DNA of 64,000 bases from Dendrobates tinctorius (GCF_039654945.1 NW_027361681.1:3720001-3784000), one strand, 5' to 3'; positions 27,492 through 40,763 are shown, numbered from the stretch's first letter. Notes: generated by a model from the letters alone, not told the origin. Made by a program: numbers and translations.

Positions 27492-28333
27492 CTATAAAAG
27501 TCAGTATGTGATTACCAGGGGCCATCATTGATATTGTAAGGGGTATTGCACCTTGCACACCACATACTGCAGTTGGCGCTCTATTTCCCTGCATAAAGAT
27601 TATAACATTGTAGCTCACCAGTGTCACCACTAGGAGGAGCTTACTGTACTATGGCAATGTATACTCATTATCCAGTGTGCTCCCCCTGGTGGAGCCCCGA
27701 CAACATCACAAAATAAACTTCCAGAGCAGGTTGTCGGAGCAGTTTAGCGTTCAAGTCTGCAGATCCAAACTAATCATAGAACGGATCTACTTAGCTATAG
27801 GGTCACCCCCAGAGTCGGTGTGTGCGCGCGATTCCCACATCTCTTTGGGGGATATGAGAGATGGGGGCTCACACGACTGCAGAGTCCGCAGGTAGAGTGT
27901 GATATGTATTCCCCGCAGGGATCATTCACCACGACGACGGCTCCCGTCTCCAGAAACGGCATTAATTACCTCTTCAGAGACTGAAGTAGTATGACTTAAT
28001 GACGAAGAGCAAGATAAATACTCATCATGCAGCTAATCACCGAGTAATGAGAGCAGGGGCCACCAGCCATATTACATAGGCCGCGCTCGCTGCTCTTCAG
28101 GAAGAAGACAAACTAAAGCCGCTTATTAAAAGGTTCCTGCTCCATTATCAGATCAGCTGCTCCTAAAAGCTGCTCAACAATATAAGCCCCCCATTATTGA
28201 GTTCATAGCTCCAGGGAGAAGCCAGGTGTGCTCCACAAGACCAAGGGGCTCAGGAAGCTAACCCTTCTATGTCCTGAGGGGCCCCTGCAATCTGCATATT
28301 GGGACAGAGAGGAAAATATTGTCTAGGGAGTAA

Positions 28334-28476
28334 GGCCTCTTTCACACTTCAGTTTTTTGCATCAGTTATAATCCGCCAAAAAGGCGGACAAGCGGATCCG
28401 TTCTCAACTGATGTGAACGGATGGCACAGGATCCGTTTTCAGACGGATCCTGAAAATGAAGAAATTTAAAGGAATC

Positions 28477-28512
<36 letters not shown>

Positions 28513-28788
28513 CAGAAAGAAATTCGGGTTAAATCAGTGTTTGCAGGATCCGCCAGAGAAAAAAACGTTACAAGCTCCGTTTTGAAATTTTTGATGATGG
28601 CGACGGACAGCAACTTTTGGCGGATCCTCACAAAAAACGGATGCAACGGACAGTAATCCGTCACAATCCGCCATTAATGCAAGTCAATGGGAAAAAAACG
28701 GATCCTCAAAAAAATTTTGAGGATCAGTTTTTTTTCAAAACCTGGCGGATTGTGACTGATTGTAAAAAACGGAAGTGTGAAAGAGGCC
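28334..28788. mobile_element. PIF/Harbinger-type MITE containing (GA)n
   Basis: TIR GGCCTCTTTCACACTTC; TAA/TTA flanks. Confidence 0.8.
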
Positions 28789-29280
28789 TTAACTGTGCAA
28801 GGAATGTATAACACACTGATAAAGGGGTCACAGGAGGCCCAGAGTGACAGCACGTTGCCCCTGCAGTCCCATAGAAGAGCCTGCAGAATATGGTTTACAG
28901 GAGACACATGGGGATAGGGGAGAAGAAACTGCACTATAGGGGCCACTGGAGAAAAGCCTGCTCTTTAGTGGGCACAAGGACAGTGCAGGAATAGAGCCTG
29001 CCCTATAGTGAGGAGGTACACAAGGACAGTGTAGAGGAAAAGATTCTGCTTCATAAGGTCTACAGGAAACGCATGGTGAGAAGTGAGAAAAGCCTGCTCC
29101 ATAGGGAGCACAAAGACAGTGCACAAAAACAAAAAAATAGGACCCGCAAACCTCAAGTATTAATCTACAGGTGCAAGAAAACACTAAGTGGCCAATATAC
29201 AGACACATACATACACGATACGTCAGCACAAAGCAACTGAATACAAAAACTCCAATATTGCAGAAAAACATTAAAAACGT

Positions 29281-29355
29281 AAAGTTACTTAGCAGTTTTT
29301 GATCAAAGAATGCAAAAGCCATCCAACCACGTCAAGGTGACCTTTTCATATTGAC
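29281..29355 (-). ncRNA. Candidate HDV-like ribozyme (copy D)
   Basis: P3 ACC/GGU, L3 UUGACGU, P1 GUCAA/UGGAU, then GG, a P4 hairpin, J4/2 GCUAA and a degenerate P2; manual fold only. Confidence 0.45.
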
Positions 29356-29686
29356 AGTCTCTAAACACTAAATATCTTGCCTTTCTAGGAGCCAAAATAG
29401 CCTCATGTGAACGAGGTGTGAAAAGGAAACCAGGCATACAGTAGCTCTCAATTGAAACCTTATTTGAGGAAGATAGGTGGACATGGGTGCTGAACCCTGG
29501 AGGGGGCCACCACCCAACCCCCCAATATGTACTATACATAAAAGATAAATAGGACCTTTAATACCTTTGGTATTAAATTAATGCACAGGTGCACAAAGAC
29601 GCTATGTGGCCACATCACTACCATACACACGATATGTCAGCACACTGCGACTAATGAATGAGGCTGTTTTGGAGTTCATGTATTAA

Positions 29687-30207
29687 AGTGCACTTGTTTT
29701 GGCCACTATAAGATGTGGCTGCTGCCTTTCAGGGCTTATCTACAGGATTCTATAATGCTGTATATAAGCCCCCAGTCCGACCTGCAAGATAAGAAAAATA
29801 AGTTTTGCTATACTCACCTGGGGGAGGGGGTCCGGGTCCGGCGCCTGCCATCTTGCGATGCCGCCCTGCTGCTTGCTTCCTCGCTCCTGGCATCGCACGT
29901 CTGCGCAGGCGTACTTCTCTGCCCTGTTGAGGGCAGAGCAAAGTTCTGCAGTGCGCAGGGCCTCTGACCTTTGCTGGCACCTGCAGTACTTTGTTCTGCC
30001 CTCAACAGGGCAGAGAAGTACACCTGCGCAGGAGCGTAATGCTGGGAGCGAGGAAGCAAGCAAGAGGGTGGCATCGCAAGAAGATGGGAGGAGCCAGACC
30101 CGGACCTGCGACACCAATCGGGCCGGACCGCCAAAAGCCGGGTGAGTATAATAAACCTTATTTTTCTTCTCTTTCAGTTCAGAACGGAGGCTGGTTACAG
30201 GTTCCCT
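29687..30207. mobile_element. Kolobok/T2-type MITE with long internal palindrome
   Basis: TTAA flanks (29683-29686, 30208-30211); right end ACAGGTTCCCT; ~190-bp arms folding back around ~29965. Confidence 0.75.
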
Positions 30208-30932
30208 TTAATTAGTCACAGTGTTCTAATGCTTCATGTATGTATATGGTAGTGTATTGGCGACATAACATATTTGTGCACCTGTACATTAATTTAATAC
30301 CCAAGGTACGCAGGCCCTATTTTTTTCTTTTTTGTGTAGTACATATTGGGGGGCCGGCCACATAAGTCACAAGGTTGATACAGAAGAACCTTGTCTGGAA
30401 AATATGCGAGAAGTGTGCAGAAAAATAGTACATGAATAGGCATCTGTGCACATCAAGTCCTTTTGTTAGGTTTTCAGAGCAGAAACTTAGACGAAAAAGA
30501 GGGATTTTGGGTTCTTACCGTAAAATCTCTTTCTTGGAGCTTTCATTGGGGGACACAGATTACCATGTGTGTATGCTGCGGCTGCTAGGAGGCTGACACT
30601 ATGCAAAAACAAGAAAATTAGCTCCTCCCTGGCAGTATACACCCACCGACAGGCACCAAGTACCTCAGTTGGTGAGAAAGCAGTAGGAGAAGCAACCAAA
30701 AAACTCTTCAACATATGTACCAACCAAACAGGGGACTCAAAGAGCCAACACGGTCCAACTTAAACAGGGAGGGTGCGTTGTCCCCCAATGAAGGCTCCAA
30801 GAAAGATTTTATGGAAAGAACCCAAAATCCCTCTTTCTTTATCGCTTCATTGGGGGACACAGATTACCATGGGACGTTCCAAAGCAGTCCCGAGGGTGGG
30901 AAAAGCAATAAAGGAACGAAAGGAGGAAGAGC

Positions 30933-32070
30933 TCAGGTTGGTCGATGTGCTACCGCCGCCTGCAGAACCTTACTACCAAAAACTGCATCAGACGAGGCCT
31001 GGGTATGAACCCTGTGGAACCTCGCGAAGGTGTGCAAAGACGACCGGGTTGCGGCTCTACAAAGTTGTAATGCCGAAGCCTGGTGACGCACAGCCCAAGG
31101 AGCCCCTACAGCCCGGGAGGAGTGCGCTCTCACTCCCAGAGGGGGCCGTTTTTCCAGAATGGTAGAACGAATCCAGCGAGCGATTGTGGATTTTGATGCC
31201 GGAAGCCCTTTCCGGCAACCTTCAGAGATGACAAGCAGGGAATCGGATTGGCGAAACGAAGCGGTCCTGGCAAGGTAGACCCGCAATGCTCTCACTACAT
31301 CCAGTTTGTGGAGCGACTTTTCCAGAGGGCGAGCAGGCGCAGCACAAAACGAGGGAAGAACGATATCCTCGCTAATGTGGAACGGGGATACCACTTTTGG
31401 AAGGAAGGAATTGGCCTGAGAACGACCTTATCCTGGTGGAGGATTACGTACGTGGAACGACAGGATAAAGCCGCCAGTTCAGAAACCCTCCTGATGGATG
31501 TAATGGCGATTAGAAAAGCCATCTTCCATGAAAGAAGGGACAGAGGAATGTCCTAGATAGGTTCGAACAGGGCCTTTTAGAGAGCGCCAAGAACCAGATT
31601 GAGATCCCACGGATCTATCGGAGAATGATGAGAAGGAGCCACATGAACGACTCCTGAGAAAAGGTCTTCACCTGCGGTAAGGAGGCCAGATCCTTCTGGA
31701 AGAGAATCGCCAGAGCAGATACCTGGCCTTTGAGGGTACCGAGGGACAGGCCCGCATCCAAACCAGACTGGAGAAAACCAAGTATGGATGGAATGGAGAA
31801 TGATAATGGAAAGACATCGTTATCGTCGCACCATTGGAAAAAAGCCTTCCAGTACCTATGGTAAATGCGGGAGGAGGCTGGTTTCCTAGCTCCAATCATG
31901 GTTTGAATGACCCTGCTGGAAAAACCTGATTCTCTCAGAATCGCGGCCTCAACGGCCATGCCGTTAAACTCAGAGGCTGAGAATTCTGGTGGTAAAGGGG
32001 GCCTTGAGAGAGAAGATCTGGACGCCTCCAGGGGACGTCCGCGAGCATATTCACCAACTCCGCATACCAA
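30933..32070 (-). pseudogene. DIRS tyrosine recombinase, disrupted
   Basis: RRVSELAAL and RAHSSR motifs split over frames; the expected catalytic Y reads H (HTFARFH). Confidence 0.9.
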
Positions 32071-32099
32071 GATGGTCTTGGCCAGTCTGGAGCCACCAG

Positions 32100-33729
32100 G
32101 ATTACTGGGATGCCTTCTGACTATCTTCTTGACTACCCTTGGGATCAGGGCAAGGGGAGGAAACAGTTAAGGCAGTCGGAACTGGGACCACGGAAACACC
32201 AGGGCGTCGCAACCGACGGCTAGAGGATCCCTTGACCTGGCTACGAAGAGAGGAACTTTGTTGTTCATCCGAGATGCCATGAGGTCGACGTCCGGGATGC
32301 CCCAACGCTGGCATATCTGATTGAAGACCGAGGGGTGAAGGGACCATTCGCCTGACACTAGACCCTGGCGACTTAGGAAGTCGGCTGCCCAAATCTCCAC
32401 CCCTGGAATGTGAACGGCGGAGATCGCCGGAACGTGACGCTCTGCCCAACACAGTATCTTTGCCACTTCTGACATTACCTGCTTGCTGTGAGTACCGCCC
32501 TGGTGGTTAATGTATGCCACGGCCGTGGCGTTGTCTGATTGACTGCGGACTGGTTTGCCTACGAGGAGAGGCTGCCAACGGAGGAGAGCAAGAAAAATTG
32601 CTCTGATTTCCAGAAGGTTGATGGGAAGAAGAGTCTCCTGGGTGTTCCAGCGCCCTTGGGCCGTTTTCCACTGGAAAACCGCCCCCCATCCTAGGAGACT
32701 GGCATCGGTGGTGATGACTTGCCACTGAGGCGGAAGAAAGGACCTTCCCTGGAGAACTGACGCCGCAAATGTCCACCAAGTCAGCAATTGCCTTACTCTG
32801 AGCAGAAGGAGAATGGGAAGGTCCAGAGAAAGTGAGGTCTTGTCCCAGACTGAAAGGATGAACTGCTGGAGAGGGCGAGTATGAAATTGTGCGAAAGGCA
32901 CTGCTTCCATGGAAGCTATCATCTTTCCCGGGACCCTCATGCAGGACCGAAGGGGAATGGGCTCTGAGCGTTTTATGGATCGGATTCCCTTGCAAAGAGC
33001 CGAAAATTTGTCCTTCGGAAGAAACACCCGGGCTCGATTCGTGTCGAATTCCATGCCCAGAAACGTCAGACGCTGAGCAGGGTGCAGGATGGACTTCTCT
33101 TTGTTGACTATCCATCCGAGGCGGCCGAAAGTATTCAGGCTTATCTGAAGACAGTCTTGGCGGGACGAGCCCTTGATCAAGAGGTCGTCCAGATAAGGGA
33201 TGATGAGAATCCCCCTGGAGCGAAGAATAGCCATGACTGTAGCCATCACCTTCGTAAATACCCGGGAAGCGGAAGCTAGGCCGAAGGGGAGGGCCGTGAA
33301 CTGATAGTGGTTCACCTGAATCGCAAAGCGGCGATATCTCTGATGTTGCAAACACACAGGAATGTGAAGATATGCATCCTGTATGTCCACAGAACAGAGA
33401 AACTCCCCGGGTTCCATTGAGGCCATCACCGAGCGCAGGGACTCCATCTTGAAGTGGAGGATCCTTACGTGGCGGTTGAGCAACTTGAGGTCCAAGATTG
33501 GACGAAGGGAGCCTTTTTTGGGAACTACGAAAAGATTCAAGTAGAACCCTGAAAACCGTTCGTTTGAAGGAACGGGGACGATAACTCCGGCGGAAAGAAG
33601 GGAGGAAACGGCTTGAAAAAACCCTGGAATTTGGGACTGCTGTCTTGGTGATCGCGACAGGAAGAAGCGCCTGTTTGGGGGGGAGGGGGGGAATTTGATA
33701 TGTATCCGGACATGATTTCCCTGACCCAA
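32100..33729 (-). pseudogene. DIRS reverse transcriptase/RNase H/methyltransferase-like ORF
   Basis: LRPILDLK, LPFGL, YLDD, TTDASLLGWG, SDNATAVAYIN, ADFLSR, DLMAS; premature stop at 32167 inside the MT-like domain. Confidence 0.92.
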
Positions 33730-34070
33730 GCGTCGTCAACAACAGACAGCCATGCGTCCATGAAAGAGGAAAGTATGCCTCCCGCCCTGGAAGAATTTCC
33801 AGGTGGGGGTGACCCGTCACTTTGAGGAAAATCTACCGGAACGGGAGCCTGAGGACCTGGAGGGTTGGCATCTCGATCTCCAGCGAGGAGCGTGTGTATA
33901 AGATGGTTTTCTGCGATCTCTGGAGACAGATAGCCGGTCCTGCTGGGATGATCCTTCTGCTGAAGGGAAGGGACGAAAGGACCTAAACGGCCGCGGAGCC
34001 TTTCTGTTGAAAAAAAGTCTAGGCCGAGACTGGGGAAGAGAGGTACTTTTGCCACCTGTGGCATCAGAGA

Positions 34071-35188
34071 TTATTCTGATCCAGCTTGGCGACAGAGTCT
34101 AGAGCCGTGAAATGCCAGGTTAGTGAGCGACTTCTTGGAGGTGGTAATCGCACTCCAAGACTTCAACCAAAGAATACAGCGTACAGCTACTATGTTGCTG
34201 TTAGCTCTTGCTACACACCTGGCCGCATCTAACGCGGCGGCCAAAAGGTATTTACCCGCATGATTAATTTGGTCTGCCAGATCTGCCAACTCGTCCTGAG
34301 GGGCAGACGACAGAATGCCCCTGTGAAGAATTTTTGCCCAAGCTGAAATGACTTTTGCCACCCAGGCAGAAGCAAAAATAGGGCAGAAAGAGGCGCCGGA
34401 TGCTTCAAGGAATAGACGAGAAACTGGTGGGTCCACTTCGGGAGCTTTCGTCCATTTTGTAAGAAGGTCCGCATCGAATGGATACAGGACGTCTAAGTAC
34501 CTGCGGCCTGAGAAGCGCTTGTCAGGGGGCTCCCAGTGTTTGGATAAAGTGGTCGCGAACTCTTTGTGGTTAGGAAAGGTTCGGGAGGAAGGTTTCGCTC
34601 TTTTAAAGGGGACGGAGCCGTCCTGAAGAGGAGCTTTATCTGCCTTTATTTCGAGCGTTTTGAAAATGGCCGATATGAGACTATCGACCATGTCCTGAGT
34701 CTTGGACATGTTATCTACGTCTGAGTCAGATCCCGATTGAGAGACATTGTCTGACCTAAGGTCGTTTTCTGATGAGGGAGACGAGGAAAGCAGCCTGGCT
34801 GGAGCGGACGGACCTTGTGAGCTGGAAGACGAGCTAGAGATAACGCGCTTCCTAGCAATCCTACCCGGCCTGTCCCTGTGGAGGATGCGGTCAGGTGCAG
34901 ACGACTCACCGTGAGAGGCGGTCGGAGCACAGGTGGCTGAAGATAGTTGCGGAAGTCGTTCCAAGACCTGGACCAGGGACTGAGAGACATTGCAGCAGCC
35001 CACTCTGGAGGAGGGGGGTTGCGCTCATCCCGGAACTCGGGGTGCTCCGGTGGGGCAGACATCGCGGAAGGACTGCAGGATGGGCAGAAGGGAGACAACT
35101 GACCTGACGCCCACTTCTTTTTGCAGCGCGCGCAGGCGTAGTGGGTAGCGGTGGGTCTAGGGTAAGGCGCCCCTGCAGGGTTGGACAT
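34071..35188 (-). pseudogene. DIRS gag-like ORF, frameshifted
   Basis: ATG 35188, CARC..CPSC zinc motif, frameshift ~34990, WTKAPEVDPPVSRL and LWLKSWSA motifs. Confidence 0.8.
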
Positions 35189-35700
35189 ATGCAAGGACTG
35201 CAGAATTACTGCGGCCAGTATCTGAATAGGCAGTACTGCTGCGGGAGCTAAAATTAGGGGCTCAGAAAAAAGAGAGCCTACCGTCACCAGCACCGTTATC
35301 TGATGTGCAGCAGAACAGCAGAAGTGTCCCCCAAGCTGAGATCCCTGGCGTGTCTCACACGAGGAATCAGAGAGGCGCAGGACCTTAGAGATGGGCGGCA
35401 GCGCTGCGCGATTGGCTGTGACCTGCGGGTGGGGGGTCATAAGGAGAGAGAGGATCCGTGAACAGAGCCCAATCCTGTGACGGGCTGAGGAATGGCGCCA
35501 ACAAAGCGCGCGCTCTGCAGCGGGCGCGCACCGGAGCAGAACAGAAAGTGAAAGTAAAATCAGCACCGCGCCTGTTTCTGCCCCCGGAGCCCTGATCCTG
35601 GCGCGATGAGCCCGTAATGCCGCGGTGGATGAGGGAGGTAAGGGAGAGAGGCCCCGCTGCCTGCTGCTTCAGGGAAGGGCACCCGGTGTGGGAGCTGAAA

Positions 35701-35808
35701 GGCGCGCGGCTGCAGAGAGGCGCGCGGCTGCAGAGAGGCGCGCGGCTGCAGAGAGGCGCGCGGCTGCAGAGAGGCGCGCGGCTGCAGAGAGGCGCGCGGC
35801 TGCAGAGA
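35701..35808. repeat. 18-bp tandem repeat x6 (GGCGCGCGGCTGCAGAGA) in the DIRS leader
   Basis: Six perfect copies. Confidence 0.95.
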
Positions 35809-37042
35809 GTGGGTGGGAAATTCAAAGGAGACTCTGCTACCAGGCTGTAAGGAGCGTGCATGGGACTGATCGTAGCCCTTTAGGCTGCTTACCTGACGTC
35901 CACATGCTTCCTGAAGAGGATGACCGCAGGGGCCCGCAATGAGGGGGTGCTGCTGGGAATGAATGTCCTCTGCCCCGCACTCTCTCTGAATAGTGCAGAA
36001 GACGGCGCCAAACCTTTCTGCCTGCAAGGGATAGTCACCGCCGGTGACTGCCGTCTTCCTCTCAGCCCTGTCCCGGGAGAGGGGTGAGGAGGGGAATTGG
36101 CTAGGACCCGCCACCTGAAGTCAGCCCGTAGCACCCGAGGGTGACAGGGAAAGGGTCCTGCCTGCGGTCCTGAGAGTTTCGATGTGGGTAACACCACATT
36201 GCTCGCTCAGCCGCATGATATGGGAAAGCAGGGTGAACATTTACCCCGTTTCCCGGTGTAGAATCTGGAAAATAAAATGGGAAAAGATTTATATACACAC
36301 ACAAAACCTAAAAGAAAATTGGTTAGATGCGGAAGCACAAACTGAGGTACTTGGTGCCTGTCGTTGGGTGTATACTGCCGAGGAGGAGCTAATTTTCTTG
36401 TTTTTGCATAGTGTCAGCCTCCTAGCAGCATACACCCATGGTAATCTGTGTCCCCCAATGAAGCGATAAAGAAAGGTTTTTTTTTCTTTTTTTTTTCTTC
36501 TTTTTTTAGAAAGATTTGTAGAGATTCTGCTTCAAAACTTCAGCGGATTCCAGCACAGCTACATGGCTTTATGTCCGGCACAGCTGCACAACAGGAGGCA
36601 GATCTTTGGGGCTGCATTTTGGTGAAATCATGTTAGTGCCTTGGAAAACAAATGATAGTAAATAATTCCCAGAGGCAGGAGCTATGCCCAAGGCAGATTA
36701 CAGCACTAACGTGAGCCCCTGGGGAGACCCTCACTCACAACACAATAGTGATGAGCAGGACAGAAGTGAAGAAAACATGCAGGAAAAACATGGGAACGCG
36801 TGGATACGGGATGGGGTTCTGGAGGGTTTTCTGGATGCACAATGAATGATCTGAAATCTCAGCCAGTTTTGCACCAGGAATATTTTATTGCTCTCCTCCT
36901 GCTCGTTAATAAACCATGAAGATTCTACTATGAGAGGAGATTCCTGTAAGATGCAGCAAATCCCGTACTTGCTGACCCCCACAACAGGCGGTAATCCCAG
37001 AGTCTCCCAAGCTGCAGGCCATGTGGACAGGCTGGTTTCTCA

Positions 37043-37207
<165 letters not shown>

Positions 37208-37231
37208 TTAACCCAACCATTGTCTCCTTAA

Positions 37232-37896
37232 CCCATTCACAACCTTTTGACATACAAAAAAAAAAAAAAAACCAAAAAAAAAAACCAGACAATACACAAT
37301 TGGTATTGCTGCATTTGTAAAAATCTGATCAAAATATAAAATAAGTTAAACCAAATCACTAAACAGGTAAACAGTGAAAAAAAAAAAAAAGTCTTTTTGG
37401 CCACTTTGCAATAAAAGAGGACCAAAACAATGTATGTGCCTCAAAATAGTATCCAAAGAAACGGCAGCTCAAGATGCAAAAAAATAGCCCCTCAAACGGT
37501 AAAATATCACAAGTGTTAAGGGTCCCGGAGAGTGGCGACTCAAGCAAAATTTAACACATTTCCAAAACTATACATGTTTGGTATCTGTGTAATCCTACTG
37601 ACCTGGAGAATCTGATTGCCGGGTCAGTTTTACCTTATAGCGACCATGGTAAATAAAACCACCAAAAAACAAATGAGAAATTGCACTTTTTTTTCCAATT
37701 TCAAAGCGCTTGGGAATTTTTTCCTGCTTTCTTGTGCATCACATGTTAAAATGAATGTTGTCATTTAAAAGTACAACTTGTCAGGCAAAAAACAAGACCT
37801 CATACGGTTATGTGGATGGAAAAATGAAAAAGCTATGACTCTTAGAAAAAGAAGGAAAAAAACAAAACAAAGGAGAATCACCTGGCTGTGAAGGGG
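37232..37896. mobile_element. piggyBac-type non-autonomous element
   Basis: TIR CCCMTTCACARCC with TTAA/TTAC flanks. Confidence 0.65.
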
Positions 37897-38024
37897 TTAC
37901 TGTCCAGTAACACCAGGATCTGTAACCCTTTGGAAAACTACACCTCCCATCATGGTGCAGCTGGAGATCCCTACTTATTCCCACACAATTATCGGCTCCG
38001 CTCACTTTTGCCCTCTCTAGTTAC

Positions 38025-38083
38025 CTCTTAAGGTCTGTACAGGTTGACAATCTGGAATTGACCAAAGCTTGCACAGTCCGCTC
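38025..38083 (-). CDS. PRPF4: PRPF4 exon 8
   Basis: SGLCKLWSIPDCQPVQTLR; GT-AG, 59 nt. Confidence 0.96.
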
Positions 38084-38654
38084 CTGGGAAGAAAAACCTA
38101 CAATCACCAAAGTAAGCAGCGATAAGCACAATGGGGGGGGGGGTCATCCCATAGAATTGGACTTAAAGGGGTTGTCCAGAATGATAAACACACTGCTGTT
38201 TTCTTTTAAAGACAGCGCCACCCCTGACTATGGGTTGTATATGTTTCTGCAGCTCAGCTCTATTTATTTTAATGGGGCAGATTCACAGTACCAGACAACA
38301 CATGGACAGAGGGTGACGCCGTTCTGAAATAAAATACGGTAGCCATGTTAACACCCTTTTGAAGGGGGATTTTAGTCTAAAGAAATCATCTCCTTCACAA
38401 GGGTCCTGGGCAATTGTCCAGTTACTCCTTCAATGTCGGTCCTGATGGGAGAACAGAGGACTTAAGCACGCTTTCCTGGGATCGGTAAGAAGGACCCACG
38501 CTTGATATCTTTATCAGTGCAGGATATAAACTATGGATCCCAGGGGTGAAGCGTAAACCATGGCAGGTTATAGCAACCATTGTGCAGTAGGGTCAGACCT
38601 TGTTGTCTTACGGATGAGCCAAACCCACATGTCTGCGACCGATAAGTCACTTAC

Positions 38655-38749
38655 CAGCACGCCGTTGCCAAAAGTTTTGAGTTCGGACTAAAGTGACAGA
38701 AGGACAGAGGGCGATCGTCTCCAATCTGACTGCAGAAATTGTTCAAGGA
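38655..38749 (-). CDS. PRPF4: PRPF4 exon 7
   Basis: [31 protein letters not shown]; GT-AG, 95 nt. Confidence 0.97.
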
Positions 38750-38870
38750 CTGTGGAACAAGAAAGGACAGCGATGGTCACAGTTTCAAGGTCTCTGCTTT
38801 CAGAAGCTGAATTCGCACCCAGACCCTGTCTGATGGAGCGTTTGGCACAATGGATCCGCATAGGTATTAA

Positions 38871-40167
38871 CCCCTTCACACCAGTTTGTTTTCACCTTCC
38901 TGACCAGGCCAATTTTTACAATTCTGACCAGTGTCACTTTAGGAGGTTGTAGCTCTGGAACTCTTCAATGGTTCCCACTGATTCTGAGAACGTTTTTTGT
39001 AACATATTGTACTTCATGTTAGTGGTAACATTTGTTTGATATGATTTGCGTTTATGTAAAAAAAAATTGGAAATTTGGCAATTTTCAAACTTTTTATTCC
39101 TATTGCCCTTAAATCCTATCACACAAAATAGTTAAATATCATTTCTCAAATGTCTATATCACCACAAGTTTTGAAACTTTTTTGTTAGGAAGTTACAAGG
39201 GCTAATAGTTGACCAGCAATTTTTATTTTTTCCGTCAAAATTTCCAAAACTTTTTTTTTTTTTTTGGTTTTGCTAGGGACCACATCACATTTGAGGTCAC
39301 TTTGAGGGGTCTATATGACAGTTTATACCCAAAAGTGACACCATTCTAAAAACTGCACCCCTCACAGTGCTCAAAAATCACATTCAAGAAGTTTATTAAC
39401 CCTTCAGGTGCTATATAGGAATTAATGGAATGTGGAAAGAAAAAAAACATTTTACTTTTTGTCACAAATTTTAAAATGTACACAATTTTTGTATTTTATT
39501 TTCGCAAAGGTAAAAGGAAAAAAATGGATCACAAAATTAGTTGTGCAATTTTTCCTGAGCATGCCGATATCCCATATGTGGGGGAAAGCACTGGGTGCAC
39601 GGCAGGGTTTGAAAGGAAAGGAGCGCAATTTGACTTTTTGAATGTAAAGTTTTTTGGAATAATTAGCAGACGCCATGTTGCGTTTGGAGAGCCCGAAGTT
39701 CCTAAACAGTGGAAACCCCCCCACAAGTGACCCTATTTTTGAAATATGCCCCCTAATGGAACTTATCTAGATGTGTGGTGAGCACCTTGAACCCCCAAGG
39801 GAGCTTCATACAAGTTTATAACATATAGCCATTACAAAAAGAAAAAGTCCTACAAAAATGTTCTTTTCGCCCTGTTCACAAGGGTAACAGGAGAAAATAG
39901 AACCCAAAATATGTTGTACAATTTCTCCCGAGTACACAGATATGTGAGGATAAACTACTGTCACGGCGGCGCTGATCGGAGGGCAGTGAGGCCTTTTAGC
40001 AGCATTTAGGGGGCTAAACTGCCAGGAACGGTGTGGGTACCACTCGGACCGTGGGTGTCAGCATCAGCTGATGCCTGGCAGCGATGTCGTGGGCGATCAC
40101 AATGACCTATATATACTGCATTGGTTGGGGACCATGATATAAATATACTGCAAATGTCTTGAAGGGA
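38871..40167. mobile_element. piggyBac-type non-autonomous element
   Basis: TTAA-CCCCTTCA ... TGAAGGGA-TTAA termini. Confidence 0.65.
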
Positions 40168-40354
40168 TTAAACACATTTCAATCAAGACTGATAACACTC
40201 ACAGTGATACATTGTAACAAACCTTCAGAAGTGGGTTAGTTCAGGAAAGATTACCAGCCTCTGATTATACACCGAAGTGCTTTCATTAACTGACAGAGAT
40301 TTTGGAAAGGAAGCATTAATAAATTGCAGTCTCTTTTCCCTCCATTCTACTCAC

Positions 40355-40448
40355 GCGCAGGGATTTATGCAGGTCTTGTTTCTGGGATGTCCTGGTGGAT
40401 TCTGGGATGACTCTGTATTCCCGGGCATTTTCCAATCGAAGCATCGCC
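40355..40448 (-). CDS. PRPF4: PRPF4 exon 6
   Basis: AMLRLENAREYRVIPESTRTSQKQDLHKSLR; GT-AG, 94 nt. Confidence 0.95.
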
Positions 40449-40763
40449 CTGTACAAGATGGGCATACGGGGGGGGGACGGGGGGGGGACAGTCATTTATA
40501 TAGTAGATCTTACCGGTAAATACAGAGGGGAGGGGGGGACGATAACCAATCATGTGGCTATGTTCAGTCTCCAAACTCTGATCTGATTGGATGGGAACAT
40601 TGTCCAACATGATTTATAGGAACACACCAAGCAAAACAGAGAGGGGGAGCACGACACAGACAGAAAGACCAGCAGGTATAGCACTCGATGTCCCGCTCGA
40701 GCCCCCTCAGGCCGTGCCCGCTTCACCAGGACCCTACAGGGTGACAAAAGCTACACAACGTAC

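Larger units (their letters stand above)
29130..30360 (-). mobile_element. Retrozyme/Penelope-like non-coding element: ~415-bp tandem unit plus inverted copy (30212-30360), split by a MITE
   Basis: Direct repeat 29133-29230 vs 29547-29645 (offset 412-418); 30212-30360 is the reverse complement of ~29517-29655; shares motifs with 46355-47345. Confidence 0.6.
30496..36474 (-). mobile_element. Structurally complete DIRS1-type tyrosine-recombinase retrotransposon in PRPF4 intron 9
   Basis: Inverted terminal repeats (~30542-30670 vs ~36340-36462); internal complementary region 30779-30873 joining both termini at TTT; gag, RT/RNaseH/MT and YR remnants. Confidence 0.96.

Noticed and set aside
32507-33820. 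437-aa ORF overlapping RT as a novel gene
   Set aside because: An overlapping frame upstream of the recombinase is a standard DIRS1 feature
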